NCBI RefSeq assembly: GCF_016432865.1
Contig: NC_067398.1
Location: forward strand, 83,824,001-83,888,000
Length of the DNA: 64,000 bases
From: Antechinus flavipes
Taxonomy: Eukaryota
Direction: 5' to 3'
Part shown: positions 1 through 13,372 of the stretch, piece after piece
How the letters are laid out: every line of letters starts with the position of its first letter
Position numbering within the stretch: the stretch's first letter is position 1
The notes under the pieces: generated by a model
The model's database searches: none
The model's input: the letters and a program-made list of their open reading frames with translations, nothing else
What the model was told of the DNA's origin: nothing
Translations under genes and position numbers: made by a program

Positions 1-1734
1 GCTCTCCTGAGGAGCTGTGCCATCTGTCTTCCTATACCCCAGAATGGCATGTTAGACCTTGATAAGGGGAGACTCATTAAGCAAGAAGAATCAATTGGAT
101 AAGGGATGGTGAAGGGGGGAGGGGAGTCAGGCAGGTACCTCTAGTCTTCCTGGGGCCATCAAAGTCAATAACAAGGGCTCCCAACCAATTATCACCACTA
201 GAGGCCCCAAGCCCAGGCCACTTAATTAACATGTAAATGAACCTGTGTGTTTATATTCAAATAGCCCAGTTAGGCTGTTCTCCTTAGCCCAGTAGGCCAA
301 GTTAGGTTGGAAGAGAGCCTTAGGAGGGAACCAAGGTCAGTCCAGATGCTCATTTGGTAGTGTTGAAGACCAAATGTCCCTCCCTGGATTAGGCACTGGT
401 GATAACCTGGGGTGATAGGGAGAGGGGTATAGAGCAGGGCAGGGAGCAGCGGCAGCAAAGATCAGAAAGACCAACCCCATGGCCTAACTCATGCCAGACT
501 GAGCCCTGACCTTGGCTCCAGGCTGAGTTCTAATTCCCCAATTATGTCACAAGCCCATAGAGCCAATCATTGGATTATGGAGCAAGAGTATGTGGATGGT
601 CCAGTTAACCTAGCATCATGGCAGGGGATCGAGTCTTACAGTCCTACTCTGGGGAGGGGATGGATCATCAAGGGCACTTATTCTGCAGTCAGGTCACAGC
701 CAGTTATTCATAGAAGGTGGAGGCAGGATAGTAGTAGAAGGAGGCCCAGGTTGTGGAAGAGGACCAGAGGTTAGAAGGCACTGAGCTAATCCCAGTTTCT
801 GGCCCTGGCAGAGGCTGGCCATGGTTGGAGATAATTGAAAGGCCAATGAGAGGGAAGGAAGAGAAGGGGATGCAGGATGGGACTAGACTGAACTAGACAG
901 ATGGGGGAAATTGGCTATGGAGAATCATCTCTTGGCAAAGGGGATGTGACTGCCCAGCCCCCTCAGCCCCTGTAAACATTCAGGATGTTCCATAAACACT
1001 CTGCAGGAACACAGCTGGAGAGGATAAACCTACCACCCAGGAGATGCTGCCTGCCTCCTGAAGGAGGGGGGCACAGGTGATGGGAAGGGGGCGGCTGAGT
1101 CAGCCGCACTGGGCCCCAGTGCCCAGCTCCAGCAAGATGAACTAGACATTTCTGAGCTAGACCTCCCCTTTCCCAGAGATGGCACCAGATTTGCTTCCTG
1201 TTGAACTGGATTTTGGCCCTAACAGTGTTGGGACTCCTCCCTACACACATTAAATGTTCAAACATTGGCCTTAGAGAAACATTACTTTAGCCAAATCGCT
1301 TTCATTCTTGGGGCCTCAGTTTTCTGAGCTGTAAAATGAGGGGGTTGAACTAAATGAATCAAAGTTTCTTCTAGCCCTGACAACCCATAATTCTATGAAA
1401 CGGTGGCTTGTCCAAAAGGGGCTCATAGGCAACCTTTACCCTGTTGGGATGGGAGGGATCAGGCCAGCATCAAGGCCTCCCAGATACTTAACCTGAAGAC
1501 CCATGACCCTTTGGGAAGGATTCAACAAGAGACTTATTAGGCACTTTTGTATAGGTCCCTATGCCCAGATGGGAGGCATTCAAAGACAGAAAAGGAAGGG
1601 TATGGCAGGTGCCCATAAAATCCTCATACAAAGTCTGGCATGATGGGTAGAAATAAAAGATAAATCTAAATGAGGTCACTGGAATATCTGAAAAGAGCTA
1701 GTGGGGGGCCAAGGCCTAAAGAGTTGTGAGAACA

Positions 1735-1859
1735 AGGGCACTAGCCCTGAAGTCAGGAGGACTTGAGTTCTAATGTGACCTCAGATCACTTAAAACGTCC
1801 TAGCTGTGTGACCCTGGGCAAGTCACTTAACCCCAATTGCCTCAGGGGAAAAAAAAAAA
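1735..1859 (+). mobile_element. WSINE1-like marsupial SINE, 5'-truncated, with A tail
   Basis: GCCCTGAAGTCAGGAGGACTTGAGTTC...GTGACCCTGGGCAAGTCACTTAACCCCAATTGCCTCAG + poly(A); TSD AGTTGTGAGA(A/G)CA at 1722-1734 and 1860-1872. Confidence 0.85.
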
Positions 1860-2034
1860 AGTTGTGAGAGCAGACTTCCTGGAGGAGGCCTGGACTAGGC
1901 CTTGAGGACAAAAATTTAAGGATTTTTAAGGGAGAAAGGACACAGCAGAAAGAGGCCTTGTTATTGTTCAGTTGTGTCCTTCTCTTTGTGAACCCACTGA
2001 GTTTGTTTGCTTTAAGCAAAGATAATGGAGTGAT

Positions 2035-2332
2035 AGAAAAGGAACACTGGGAAATGAATGTGGACTACTTGCATTTTTGTTTTCCTTCCCAGGTTATTTT
2101 TACCTTCTGAATCCAATTTTTTTCTTATGCAACAAGAGAACTGTATGGATGTGCACACATATATTGTATCTAAGATATACTTTAACATGTTTAATATATA
2201 TGAGACTTTCTGCCATCTAGGGGAGGGGGTGAAGGGAAGGGAAAAGTTGGAACAGAAGTGAGTGCAAAGGATAATGTTGTAAAAATTACCCATGCATATG
2301 TACTGTCAATAAAAAGCTATAATGATAATAAA
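2035..2332 (+). mobile_element. Young 5'-truncated L1 (3' UTR only)
   Basis: Homologous to the 3' UTR of the L1 at 44901-45604; AATAAA and A-rich tail; perfect 17-bp TSD AAAGATAATGGAGTGAT at 2018-2034 and 2333-2349. Confidence 0.9.
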
Positions 2333-5300
2333 AAAGATAATGGAGTGATTTGCCATATCCTCTAACTCATTTTACAGATGAGGAAACTGAGGCAAAAAAA
2401 GGTTTTTGGTTTGGACAAAACATAGTACATGAAGGGCAGATTAAGTCTAGATAGGAATACAAAGCCAGATTACAGAGGGCCCTAAAATCAGAAATTGAGG
2501 TGCTTTTTTTTTTCCCAGTTGAAATTGTAAGTCGCTGAGAGCTTTTTGAACAGGTGAATGACACAGTAATAAGAACATTTCACATGTCTATGGAGCTGTA
2601 GGCCTGGTAAAGTGCTTTACATTTTACATCTAATAAGCTTTACATATTTCATATAATAATGCTGGGAGGGAAGTACTATGGCAACCTCCACTTTACAGAT
2701 GAGGAAACAGGGTTCAGAGGAGTTAAGTGATTCGTTTGAGCCAAAAAGCTAATTGCTGGTAGAGCTGGGATTAGAACTCAAGTCTTTGTCTCTCCAGATT
2801 CAGCACCCCTCCCCGATAAACCACAAGCCTCTGGAAGTAGGTGTCTATTAGGGAGATGATCAAGGCCGTGGAGAAAGACTGGAGGCAGAAAAAGAGCAGC
2901 TAGCCATGGGGGATGAGGGGCTGCTCCATCATCTCCCACCTGCCCCTCCCAAAAGCTATCCAGATCATAGACTGCCTCAAGCTTTGCTGTTTGTTCCATC
3001 CCAAAAGAGACAAAACTGATACTCAGGAATTCACCCTCTCTGGGCTGACCCGATCACTCCCACAGTGCTCACTGCTCCCTGTAACCCAGGACAACGGCTC
3101 TAGGCTGGCCAGGGTGCCTGCAGTCAACGACCTTTGGCCTTTCCAGCAGAGCAGGTGAGGGGGCGGGGAAGGACCCCCTTCCGGCCTCCTTGCTGACCCA
3201 TTGCCTCTGCCTCCCACGATCTCCCCTGACCTTTCCAGATCACTGGAGATGGCATCAAACCTGTCTCCACCAGCCCAGACAGGACTCGTTGGCCAAAGGC
3301 TTCAAACACAGCACATGTATAGCTATATGGGCATGTGGGCTCATTTTTAAAACACATTTCAGTTGAACATCCTCAAGCTTGCACATATACCCATACCTCC
3401 CAGAAAGAAGGATTATAAGTATGCATACATGGACCCAGGATGGGGGTGGGTGGGTGGGAAGGGACAAGCCTCGGGGTCAGAAAAACCTCTGGTCTGGACT
3501 CAGTCATGATTCAGTATTTGGGAAAGTTTCTCTTCCATTTAGTGCCTCAGTTTACCCACAAAAATGAATAGAGAGGTCCTGTCTTGCTCCAACCCCAAAA
3601 TGGTGGCAGGAGACAAGGAGGGGAAGAGATAAAAATAGACTAACAGACACAGAAAAACGGGGGGCGGGGGAGGGAAGGATTAAGGATGGAAAATGAGGGA
3701 GGGAGCTGGAGAAAGAAAACAGGTTGAGTGGCAGGAGGATCAGAGCACAAAAGTCCCAAAGGAAAACAGCGAGTTGGGGAAAAGAGTGTTGAGGGGCCAG
3801 TGGTTCAGGCATGTGAGTTGCTCTGAGCAGAGGTTAAGGTACGCTTTGGGCTTGTCTGTGCCCATTTGTCTCCATGCGGACCAAACAGGGACACCCAGCC
3901 TTCAGCTGGGCTGATGGACCATCATGGCCACCCAGGCAATTCAGAGTTTGACTTTGGGGGATTGAAAGGAGCCTAGCTTCTGGCCCCATGAGCTTGAGTA
4001 TCAATGAGCAGGTAAGGTCTGCACATACATGTGGATAGGTGTACATGTATGTGTGGAAACATGGGTATACACACACACTCCTGGATTCACTGGCATGACT
4101 TCTGTTGTGTTTATGGAGCCCTTTAATGCATACGGAGTAGCAGGTGGACCTTCACAGAGGTAGAGGATGGGGCTGTCGTGGGGGCCCATCTGTACCCAAT
4201 CACCCCACTCCCCCTAGCACTAAACCCACGCCTCCCCTGCATCCAGAGTCTTTATCAAAAAATTTGGAAGAATTATTGGGAAGGAGGGGAGAAGGGAAGA
4301 ATTCCTGAGCTGTTTCTGAGGCTGAATTTAGAGAGTTTTTTTCTCCCTCCACCCCTGCCTGTCCCTGGGGAAGGAGAGAAGGAAAAAATCATTGCCTGGA
4401 ACTTGGCAGGCTGGAGGGGGAAGAGTTCTGGCCTAGAATCAGGAGACTTGAATTTGGGTCGGTGAACTGCCTTCTTCACCACCAATTGTGTGTTGGGCAA
4501 GTCCCTCCCCCCACCCTGTGTGCCTCAGTTTCCACTTCCACAAACTGGAGCTAATAGCCCCCACCCTTCCCAAGTCATGGGAACACGGTCAGCAGGTCAG
4601 CACGAGTAGTTGGTTATAAGATAGGATTTCATAGATAGGAAAACTGGGCCCACAACAGACAACTGGGACTTGGTGAGAGGCAGAATAGAGTTGGCTCCCA
4701 GGGGAAGTGGAGACCCTCGGTCCCTAGGGTTACTTAGCTTTTCTCCCCCGTGTCCCCCTCCCTGCAAACAAACATTCCAGGTCTGCCCGGAAACCCCTCA
4801 CCCCTTCCTCCCTGGCTCCTGGTGGGTCTCTGCACAAACCACAACAAACTTTCCATGGCTCATTTACACCCATAAATCACCCTCACTCATCAGTTGGGGG
4901 GGGGGTGGCAGGGAGGCAGATAGATGAAGAGGAATCTCTTCTCCTTCCCCAACTCCCACCCCCAATTCTGTCCAGGCTTTCCTTGACTCTGAGTGGGACG
5001 GGGACTTCTGGCTGAAATGGGATGTAGGGCCCAGCCCCCTGCATTGTGGTTACTCATTAACTCCTTCTTGGGTATCATTTCCAAAAGGCCCAAAGGGGTC
5101 TGGCTTGGTTGGCTCCTTCCAGGAGGGAGAAAACAGCCAGAACCGAAACTTTTCAATGCTCCACTTGGGCCTGGCCTTTTGGAGACTGGACTGCCAGATT
5201 TTCCACTTGGGGCTCCTCCCAGAACATGAGTCTCTAGCCCCAGCTCCATTTACTTCAAACATTGATTAAATACTCCTACTGTGTGCAAGGCACTGGGGGA

Positions 5301-8300
5301 AAGGGGGAGGGAAGGACCTCAGAGACTCTCTCACAATCTCACAATCATAATTACAATCCAATAAATGGAAGAATTTATCAGCAGAAGAAAGTTAGACGGT
5401 CCTGGGAAAGGATGTTAGGAAGACAGCATGAGGGAATGGGGGTGGGGAAGAGGGTCAAGAATGTGAGTTTTATCCCTCACTGGGGGGCTTTGGGCATCTC
5501 TGCTCACTCCTCAAAATGGAAGGCTTAACATCTAGGGCCCCTTCCAAGCTCCGAGGATCACAAAGCATTCAGCCAAAGTCACACAAATGGCAAACCGGGG
5601 GCAGAGCCAGGGCTATGGCTGACTCCCAGGTTGGGTCCAATAGCCCAGACTGCCTTCCCCACGTGAGTGAGCCTTCCTGATGATGGGAGTAGCAGGAACA
5701 GGAAGCCCGGGCTGGGGGAGGGGAGAAGGGGGAAGGAAGAAGTCTAGGCAGGGGGTATGAAGAGGAAAAACATTGATCACAGGCTGACAGGACTGTTGGC
5801 CCCACCTTGGAAGCTGCTTTGGGAACAAGGGGCTGGGCTGATTTAGAGCTTACTCAACCACGGGCTGGGGCAGGGAATGTGATGCTCCAGGACAGGCCTC
5901 CTGCGTCACTAATCCAGCCCGAAGACCCGACCTCAAATCCCAATCCAGCAAATTTGTTGAACTCGGAACCAGTTTGGGGTAATTACCATTTAGGGGATAT
6001 TTTACCTCAATGGACCTCAGTTTCCTCATCTGTAAAATGATAGGTTTATCCTAGATGACCTAAAAGGTCCAGCTCTAAATCTGAGCCTCGTCCAAAGCAA
6101 TCCCAATAGAGTTTGGACAGAAAATGCCATCTGCATCCAGAAAAAGAGCAGAGGAGACTAAATGTAAATCAAAACATTCTCTGTTCACTTCTTTCTTCTG
6201 TTTCTTTTTTTTTTTATCTCTCCCATGATTTTTCCCTTTTGCTCTGATTTTTCTCTCCCAACATGATTCCTAAAATAATGTGTATTATTTTTAAATAAAA
6301 TAAATTTATTAGAAAAAAATAAATCTGAGCCTCAGCCACTGACTCACTCACTCTTTGATGATGGAAGAGTCACTTCCTTTCCAAGGCCTCAGCTTCCTTC
6401 TCTGTAAAATGGGGTAATAATAACTTCTAAGTCATTTCCCAGAGGCTCTTTGAGGGATGAAATGAGATCTAGGATTGGGAAAACATTTGAGGAAGGAAAA
6501 ATTGGACCGGATGAGTGTGAGAAATAGTTCTAAGCTCTCAGGTCCTCCTGGGATGGGGACCCAGGCTTCCTGCCTTCCAGTCTTCCCCTGCCTGGGGCAT
6601 TTAGACTTTGTTCCAGCCTCAGAGGGTGGCGTGCTCCATCTGCTATTCTGCTTTGGGGGACAACAGGCCATAAATAATTCTGGAAAAAGATTCAAATACC
6701 AGGCATACAATCCCCCGACTCCCAACGCTGCCAGTACTTTGCTGCCAAAGGGTTTGAGTTCTCTCCCCTCCCTGAACCGCTCTGGGTCCAGCCTTCTTGA
6801 TCTGGACCCCAGAGAGAGACATCGACCTTTCCTAGATCACACAGCAACTAAGAGCTGGGAATCAAGCCAAAGAGCCCCGGCCCAAACGCTCCCTTCAGTC
6901 CAGACTCCAGCCCTGTCATACTAGGCCAGCTTCAACTATGGATGGGCCAGCAGTCTCCAATGGGAGTCTTTATTGATGTTATCTCCTTAACTTGAAGGAC
7001 CCCCCCCATTCCCCACTTAGCCCTTTTGGGCCCAAAAGAAAATGCTCAGTAGATGGACAATATATGTAATTTGCAGTTAGAAAACCCAGATTCAAATCCT
7101 GTCTCTCTCCCCTGCTAGCTGTGTAATCTTAATTAAGCAAATCTCTTCCTTCCCTGAGGTCCAGGTTTCCCTGCTGTAAAAGAGGGAGCCAAACTAGACA
7201 AGATTCCTTGAAGCTCTAAATCCCACGAACTGAAGCGTCTGCCTTCCCTAATTACACCGATGGAGGAAGCCCTCTGAGACTCAGGAGGCCAAACCACTCG
7301 GGTCGCTTTTGGCCCAGACATCGGCCAGGGAGTTCCCTCCAGCAAGGACCAGGTCCCCTTAGGCACAGTGTCCTTTCCTCTGTTTCTCCCAGGGCCTCGG
7401 TAGAAAGCTGGGACTCAAGGAACCCCTTCCAGGTCCAGGAAGGCTCCGTTCTGGGATGATCTCACCCAAGCCCAGCCCTCCTTTCTCCCCAGAGCTGCTA
7501 ACCATCTTTCACTTTCTCAGAGAGGACCAGGAAAACTGAAACTATCCATGCAAGGGAAACTCCCCACCTGTCAGAATGCAGGTCTGCAGGCCAAACCCCA
7601 CGTCCATAAGGTTGGCAGCATTTAGGTAAGATAAATGGAAGCCTTTCTCTGGATTTATCGAGGGCCTCCTGGTCATTTCTGATCCGCTGGGCCAGTTCTA
7701 GGGCCATTTACAAAGCAAAGATGGGTTAAAAAAAAAAAAAAAACAGGAATACTTGGGTTCAAATCTGAGCTGGACAAACAGGCTGCGTGGGGACCCCAAC
7801 AAATCAGTTAACCTCTCAGCACTCTAGGCAACTCTCCAAAACAATGTGCTGACCTGCAAGGGAGGGGGGAGTTTCCTCACTCAGGAGTCCCCTAAGTCAG
7901 TGAAATCATAGGACAGGTCCCTCCCCTTCCTTGACACAAGTGAGGTAGAGAGGATAATCATGCCTATTTAATGGATCAGGAAAGGGAATTGCAGGAAAGC
8001 AGTGACTGGTCTAAGCTCCTACCGTGTGACCAATCAATCCTGTGTTAGGAGCTGGGAATGAAACAGTCCTTGTCTTCAAGGATTTTATACTTTAGAGAGT
8101 ACCCACATGCCCACATAGAAGACACAGATCAGGATGTGGACATGGGCTCTCCACCTCCCAGGATTGCACAGCTCGTGGACGGCAGAGCCAAGTATCATCT
8201 GGGTTCAGAGCACGTGGGAAAGAGGGGGGCAGAAAGGAAGAGCCCTGAGACTTTGGCTGGAGATGGGCTTGCTGGCAAGGCCGGATGCCTGGCTGCCATT

Positions 8301-11300
8301 TTATCTGGAGGATCTCTGTCCTCCACTTGCCCCTCTGGAGAATGGAGAGCCCTCGCCCAGCTCCTCCCTTTGCTCTGTAAGCCCTGGTCTCTCTGTTCTG
8401 GCCAGCCAGAGGCCAGAGGCCACAGCTTCCCCTCCTACGTGGACTGGAGTCCTGGGGAGGGGGAGGAGGAAAGGGGGCACAAGGCCAGGGAAAGACTCAT
8501 TGGACCATGTGGGCTGTGCCGCTGGGCCTAAATTGGAGCCTTCTGGCATCAGAGTTCAGAGCCTCCTGGAAAAGGTTTCTTCCTATTTCTAAGAAATATG
8601 TAGCAAGGCTCTCTCATCTTCTCAGAGGCTCCAGGCCAAGGGGCCAGGATGCCGCCCCCCCTCCACTCCTGAAGGCTTTGTAGGCAGGAACAAAGGGGGG
8701 GAGTAGGGGGAGGGAAGGGAGATTGGATTCCTTTCTCTCTCCAGGGCTTGGGGTGGGGAGCCTTGGATTTCCAAATGCACACCTCCTCAAGCCCCAGAAA
8801 AAGGGGACAAAGCAACCGGATCCCAGCCCCACTTCAACATTTCTGGAAGGAAGATGAGGCAAACTCTTGCTTTTGCTCCACTGAGGGCTCCTATCTGAGC
8901 TACAGGAAGCTGAGGCTTTGGTGGAAAAGAACATGACTTATGAGCCCAGAGGCTGGGCAGGAGATGACCTTCTTTCAGGAGCCCATGCTACAAGGGAGGA
9001 GGATTAGAAAGTTTTTAGAAACACCGGTGATGTCGGAAAATGGAGGGAAATGGGGGAACAGGAAGAAGAGCTGAATCTTAGGGGGCACTGCCCCGCAAAG
9101 GGGCTTAGGAGCACCAAGCCCATTTCTAAAGAGATACCACATGGCCAAGCCTGTCTACCCTTCCTCCCTTCAGACACTAGAATTACAAAAATATAGGATT
9201 TAGGGCAGGAAAGAACTTTAGAGACCAAAAGAGCTAATTCCTTTGTATGACACAGGAAAAAATGACACACAAAGCTAATGACTTGACCAAGATCACCTAG
9301 GCAGTAAGGAATAATAGAGCCTAGAGTTGAATCCAGATGGTGACCCCAGAGACAAGGTCTTTTGTTGGTCTGTCTTCCTTAACTGCCTTGGGCTGAGAGG
9401 GCTGGAGATCCCAAGTCAGAGACTCAGCTTCAAACACAAAACAGGGTCCCTCAGGCTCCCAGGGAGCTGAATTCTGAAGGGGGGAACAGGGCAGCCCTGC
9501 TGGTAGAGAGGCACAGGTGGAGGCTTTAGGGGCTCTCTAAGCATCGAGGCTCGATGAAGGAAGCCAATATAAAAATCTCATCTCAGCGGTTTTCCTTTAA
9601 ATTCTTTATGATTACTAAGAGGCTGGGAGGGCCAAGAAACATGATTTACTTAGTGAGTATGCACTAGTGACTCTGGATGCCAATGAAAACCCGCTGGATG
9701 GGAGGAGGGGGGCCAAGGGGGAGAAGCCTCCCCGTTCCCCGGCAAAGCCAGATCCGCAGAGGTCCCAAGGTTAACCCTCACCAGAACCTGCCACAGTGTC
9801 GGAACCACGGTGAGGTTCTCTTGAATCCTCCCCTTGGCTCTGCCCCTGATTCTTGGGAGACCCGCAGGACCTGCTCTGAGCTGAGGGAGGAGCCCCATCC
9901 CCTCCTTAGAGAAGACTTCCCCATACTTCTCATTATAACTTAGTCCCCAAGCTTGCCTCCTAGACCAAGGGAGGGGACAGAGCATCTTTGATTTGATGAG
10001 GAAACTGAACCCCTCAGAGGGAGAGGTCAGCCTCAGACGGTCCTGGGTTCAAATCCCATCTCTATCATTACCGGAGTGACTGTGGGCAAATCATTTGATC
10101 TCTGTGGATCTCAATTTCCTTATCTGTAAATGAGAAGGTCTTTAAGGTCCCTTCCAGCTTCAAATATAAGATACTGTGATTACTATTTCTCATCCTCCCA
10201 AGACAAATCCAGGCTACATTCTGTTGAAGGCAAGGGAAGCTGGTTCTCACCCAAGGTTATAGAGAGAAATAAGGTCTATGGGACAGTACTTAGATTACCA
10301 TCTCCTCCAAGCAATGGGGAAGCCCAAGTGAGGAAAACAGGGCCAGGGAAGGAAGACTAGATCCCTGTAGTCTGATGGATCAGGATTTGAATTGAGGTCT
10401 CCAAAGTCCAAATTCTCTGATATCTTTGAGATCCACTTCACTGCCAGCATGAAAACTAATGGTTCCCTTCCTAAAGCTCTTTGGCTTTGCAAAGGGATGC
10501 CCACATAGCAGCCCAGGGAGGAGGGAAGAAGTAGGTGGGGAAATACCTTTCCCATCTCCTGCACCACTTCTTAGAATACCTCTGAGTCAGGAACTGAGGT
10601 TCCCGAAGCAGAACAAGCTTCTCCTGATCCCCTATCCCTGAGGGAAGAGGCTGTTGACCCAATACCACTGGTTAAAGCCACTCATTGTACCTCAAGAGAG
10701 GCTCCCGAGGGTGGCCAAACTCCCCACTTAACTCATTTCTAAACCATTAGCCTAATGGCAGTGAAGAGCCATTAACTCAATCCTTAACATAAAACACTGT
10801 TCCACTGAAGACCTCTCCTTCCCCCACAAAAGCTAGCTAAACCAGGGCCCCCAAGCCAGAGGCTATAGCTGCTGCCTTTCCTCCAGGTCACCTCCCAGCA
10901 GACTGGGGGCTCATGGCCGGGGCAGAGTCCAGAGTCATGGGCTTTCAGGTCTTCTACTTCTAACCTGCCCTTCCAGCTCCTATCCCCATAATTCTGTTCC
11001 TTTATTATTTTTGTAGACCTAGACAAGTCCCTTAAACTTTTTCAGCCTCAATTATAATTACCTGTAAAATGGGGATAGGAATATTTTCACCTACTTCACA
11101 AAATAAAAGAAATTATATATGTAAACAGCTTTAGCAATTTAGGCTTTATAAATGTCAGCTATTAGGGATGGGGTGGGAGGGAGAAAAAAAGAATGTCCCT
11201 AAATCCAGTGGGAGCAGGGGCTGAAAGAAAGAGGTATTTTTATCTTGAAATCAAATAAAAATAGTTGCTTTCTTGTTTAGGACTGGAGAGGAGGCTGGCC

Positions 11301-11814
11301 TGGTGGAGGCTTAGGTCCAAGCACACAGCCCCACCCCCTGCCCTTTCCTTGGGAAATTCGATGGGAAGGAAGGCAGCAGAGCCAGGAATCAACTCTCGGA
11401 AACATCCTTTCCCCTCCAACCTGAGAGCCAGCAGGCAAACTCAACTCTTATGTCCAGGAACTACCCAGCGACGGAAAGGCTCAAGATTCAGCCTCCCTCC
11501 GGGCACCACAGGGGTCCTGATGGATGGGGCCTGCTGGAGGGATGCAGCCCTTCCCCTCTCACCTGGCTCTCCCTTACTGATCCTATCTCTCCCCATATAG
11601 ATCTGCCCCCTGGCCAGTCAGCAGAAGCTGAGCAGGTTCAGGGGTGCCCCTATTCATCATACTCCTTCAGGGTCCTTTTCCAGTATCAGGGTGGGCAGCC
11701 TCTCCACTTCCAGAGTTGTGGTGGCAGAAAAATTCTCTCCAAACTAAATAATAAGAGTTTTTATCTCTTTAACAACGGGGTAGACAAAAGGGTCAGCGAG
11801 GTGACAGAATGCAT

Positions 11815-12014
11815 AGATTTGCCAGTCCTAGACTGGGGACACTTACTAGGGGTGTGAGCTTGGGAAAGTCACTTAATAGTGTTTGTCTCCATTTTTTCCT
11901 CTGTCAAATGAGCTGCAGAAAGACATCGCGAACCATTCCAAGTATCTTTACCAAGAAAATCCCAATATGGAGTCATGAAGAGTCGAACAAGACTAAGAAA
12001 TGACTGGTCAACAA
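11815..12014 (+). mobile_element. MAR1-like CORE-SINE fragment
   Basis: CORE segment (TTTCCTCTGTCAAATGAGCTG) followed by an RTE-like tail (CCAAGTATCTTTACCAAGAAAATCCC...GTCATGAAGAGTCGAACAAGACT). Confidence 0.7.
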
Positions 12015-13149
12015 CCATGCAAAAAGAAAAAATGCTTTCATCAACATTTTGGAAGAAGGGGGTACAAGAAGTATCATATCCACTTTGCAGATCAAGAAAC
12101 TGAGACCCAATGAGATGCCAGGATTTGGACCTGGTCCCAATCCAGTGCCCTTTTTGGCTGGTATGGGGATATTTTTTCGGCTTCAGAGTTTCCTGGCGGG
12201 GAATCTGGCCTCCTGTGCATATTTGTTTTCTAGCTGTCTCTCCCATTACATTATGAGCTCCTCAAGGCAAGCTATCTACTGCCCGGTATCCCTTTGTATC
12301 CCCTTGTATCCCCAAGTGCTCAGCACAGTGCCTGGCAATAGTAGGCACTTCATAAATACTTATAGACTGTCTACAGGGTCCACTTTAACTCAACAAATAT
12401 GTATTAAGTACTTATTGTTTTGAAGAGCCCATCACTAGAGCAGATTTCATTCCCAGTCCTGTTATGATCCTCCTAAGGGAAAGTGGGAGACGACTTCCTG
12501 TATCGAATCTAGCCTCAAGTGCCTCAGTTTCCCCATGTGAAAAGCAGTTCCCTAGATTCTACCCCAACCCCATCAACAGACCTCAGGAGACCTCCTCCCT
12601 GCCACAACACAATTGTGAGTTCACAGCAGGGACAAGGGGTGTGGGGGTTTACCTTCCTGGAGGAGGGTAAACATTTACAAGGACAGAACAATGGAGACGT
12701 GGGGCCTTCACACCTCCCCTGCTGCTTAATGGGCAGGTCCCAAAGATTGAGGCTGAGGCTGGGATGGCTCCCAGCTAAGTTAAGTGCAGGGGTGGTGGCA
12801 GCTTTTAAAATCCCCATTTAGTGTCTCAACCACAAGGAATTTTAAATGCTCCAACCCCTGAGTTATCAGAGCATGTGAAGGAGGGAGGGAGGGAGGGAAG
12901 GACAAGGGCTTCAGGGGCAATACCCATAAAGAGTGCCGGACAAGTTGTCCTGTAGTTCCTGATTTGCCCAGACAGTTGCTAGCTCTGGGAAACCACCAGC
13001 AAGGCTTTCAACCTTTGCAGGCTTCCCAGAACTTACTAGATGAGGTATTCTGGACAAATCAGTAAAATTTCTCTCAGCCCCAGATTCCTTATCTGTCAAA
13101 GGAGGATCATTCCTTCAGTAAGTAAGAATCCAGGTTAACTAGTTAGATG

Positions 13150-13372
13150 ATACAATGAATAGAACACCACTCCTGGAGTCAGGAAAGCATGAGTTCAAAT
13201 GAAACCTCAACCATGTACCAGCTGTATGACCCTAGGCAAGTCATTTAATCCTGTCTGCCTGTTTCCTCATCTGTAAAAATAAGCTGGAGAAAGAAATGGT
13301 GAACCGCTCCACCATCTTTGCCAAGCAAACCCCAAATGGGGTCATGAAGAGTGAAATAGGATCGAACAATAA
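13150..13372 (+). mobile_element. MAR1-like CORE-SINE
   Basis: CTGGAGTCAGGAAAG...GAGTTCAAAT head, CORE TTTCCTCATCTGTAAAA, tail ATCTTTGCCAAG...AATGGGGTCATGAAGAGT. Confidence 0.75.

Noticed and set aside
4011-4040. Minus-strand ATG TAT GTG (MYV) resembling SEMA3F exon 3 (RMYVGSKDY)
   Set aside because: Flanking codons (HMYVQTL) do not match; chance match in a CA/TG-rich stretch.
8058-8592. Two overlapping ~155-aa ORFs in intron 2 (also 6475-6924)
   Set aside because: Antisense to SEMA3F, no homology I recognise, no splice or Kozak support; consistent with chance.
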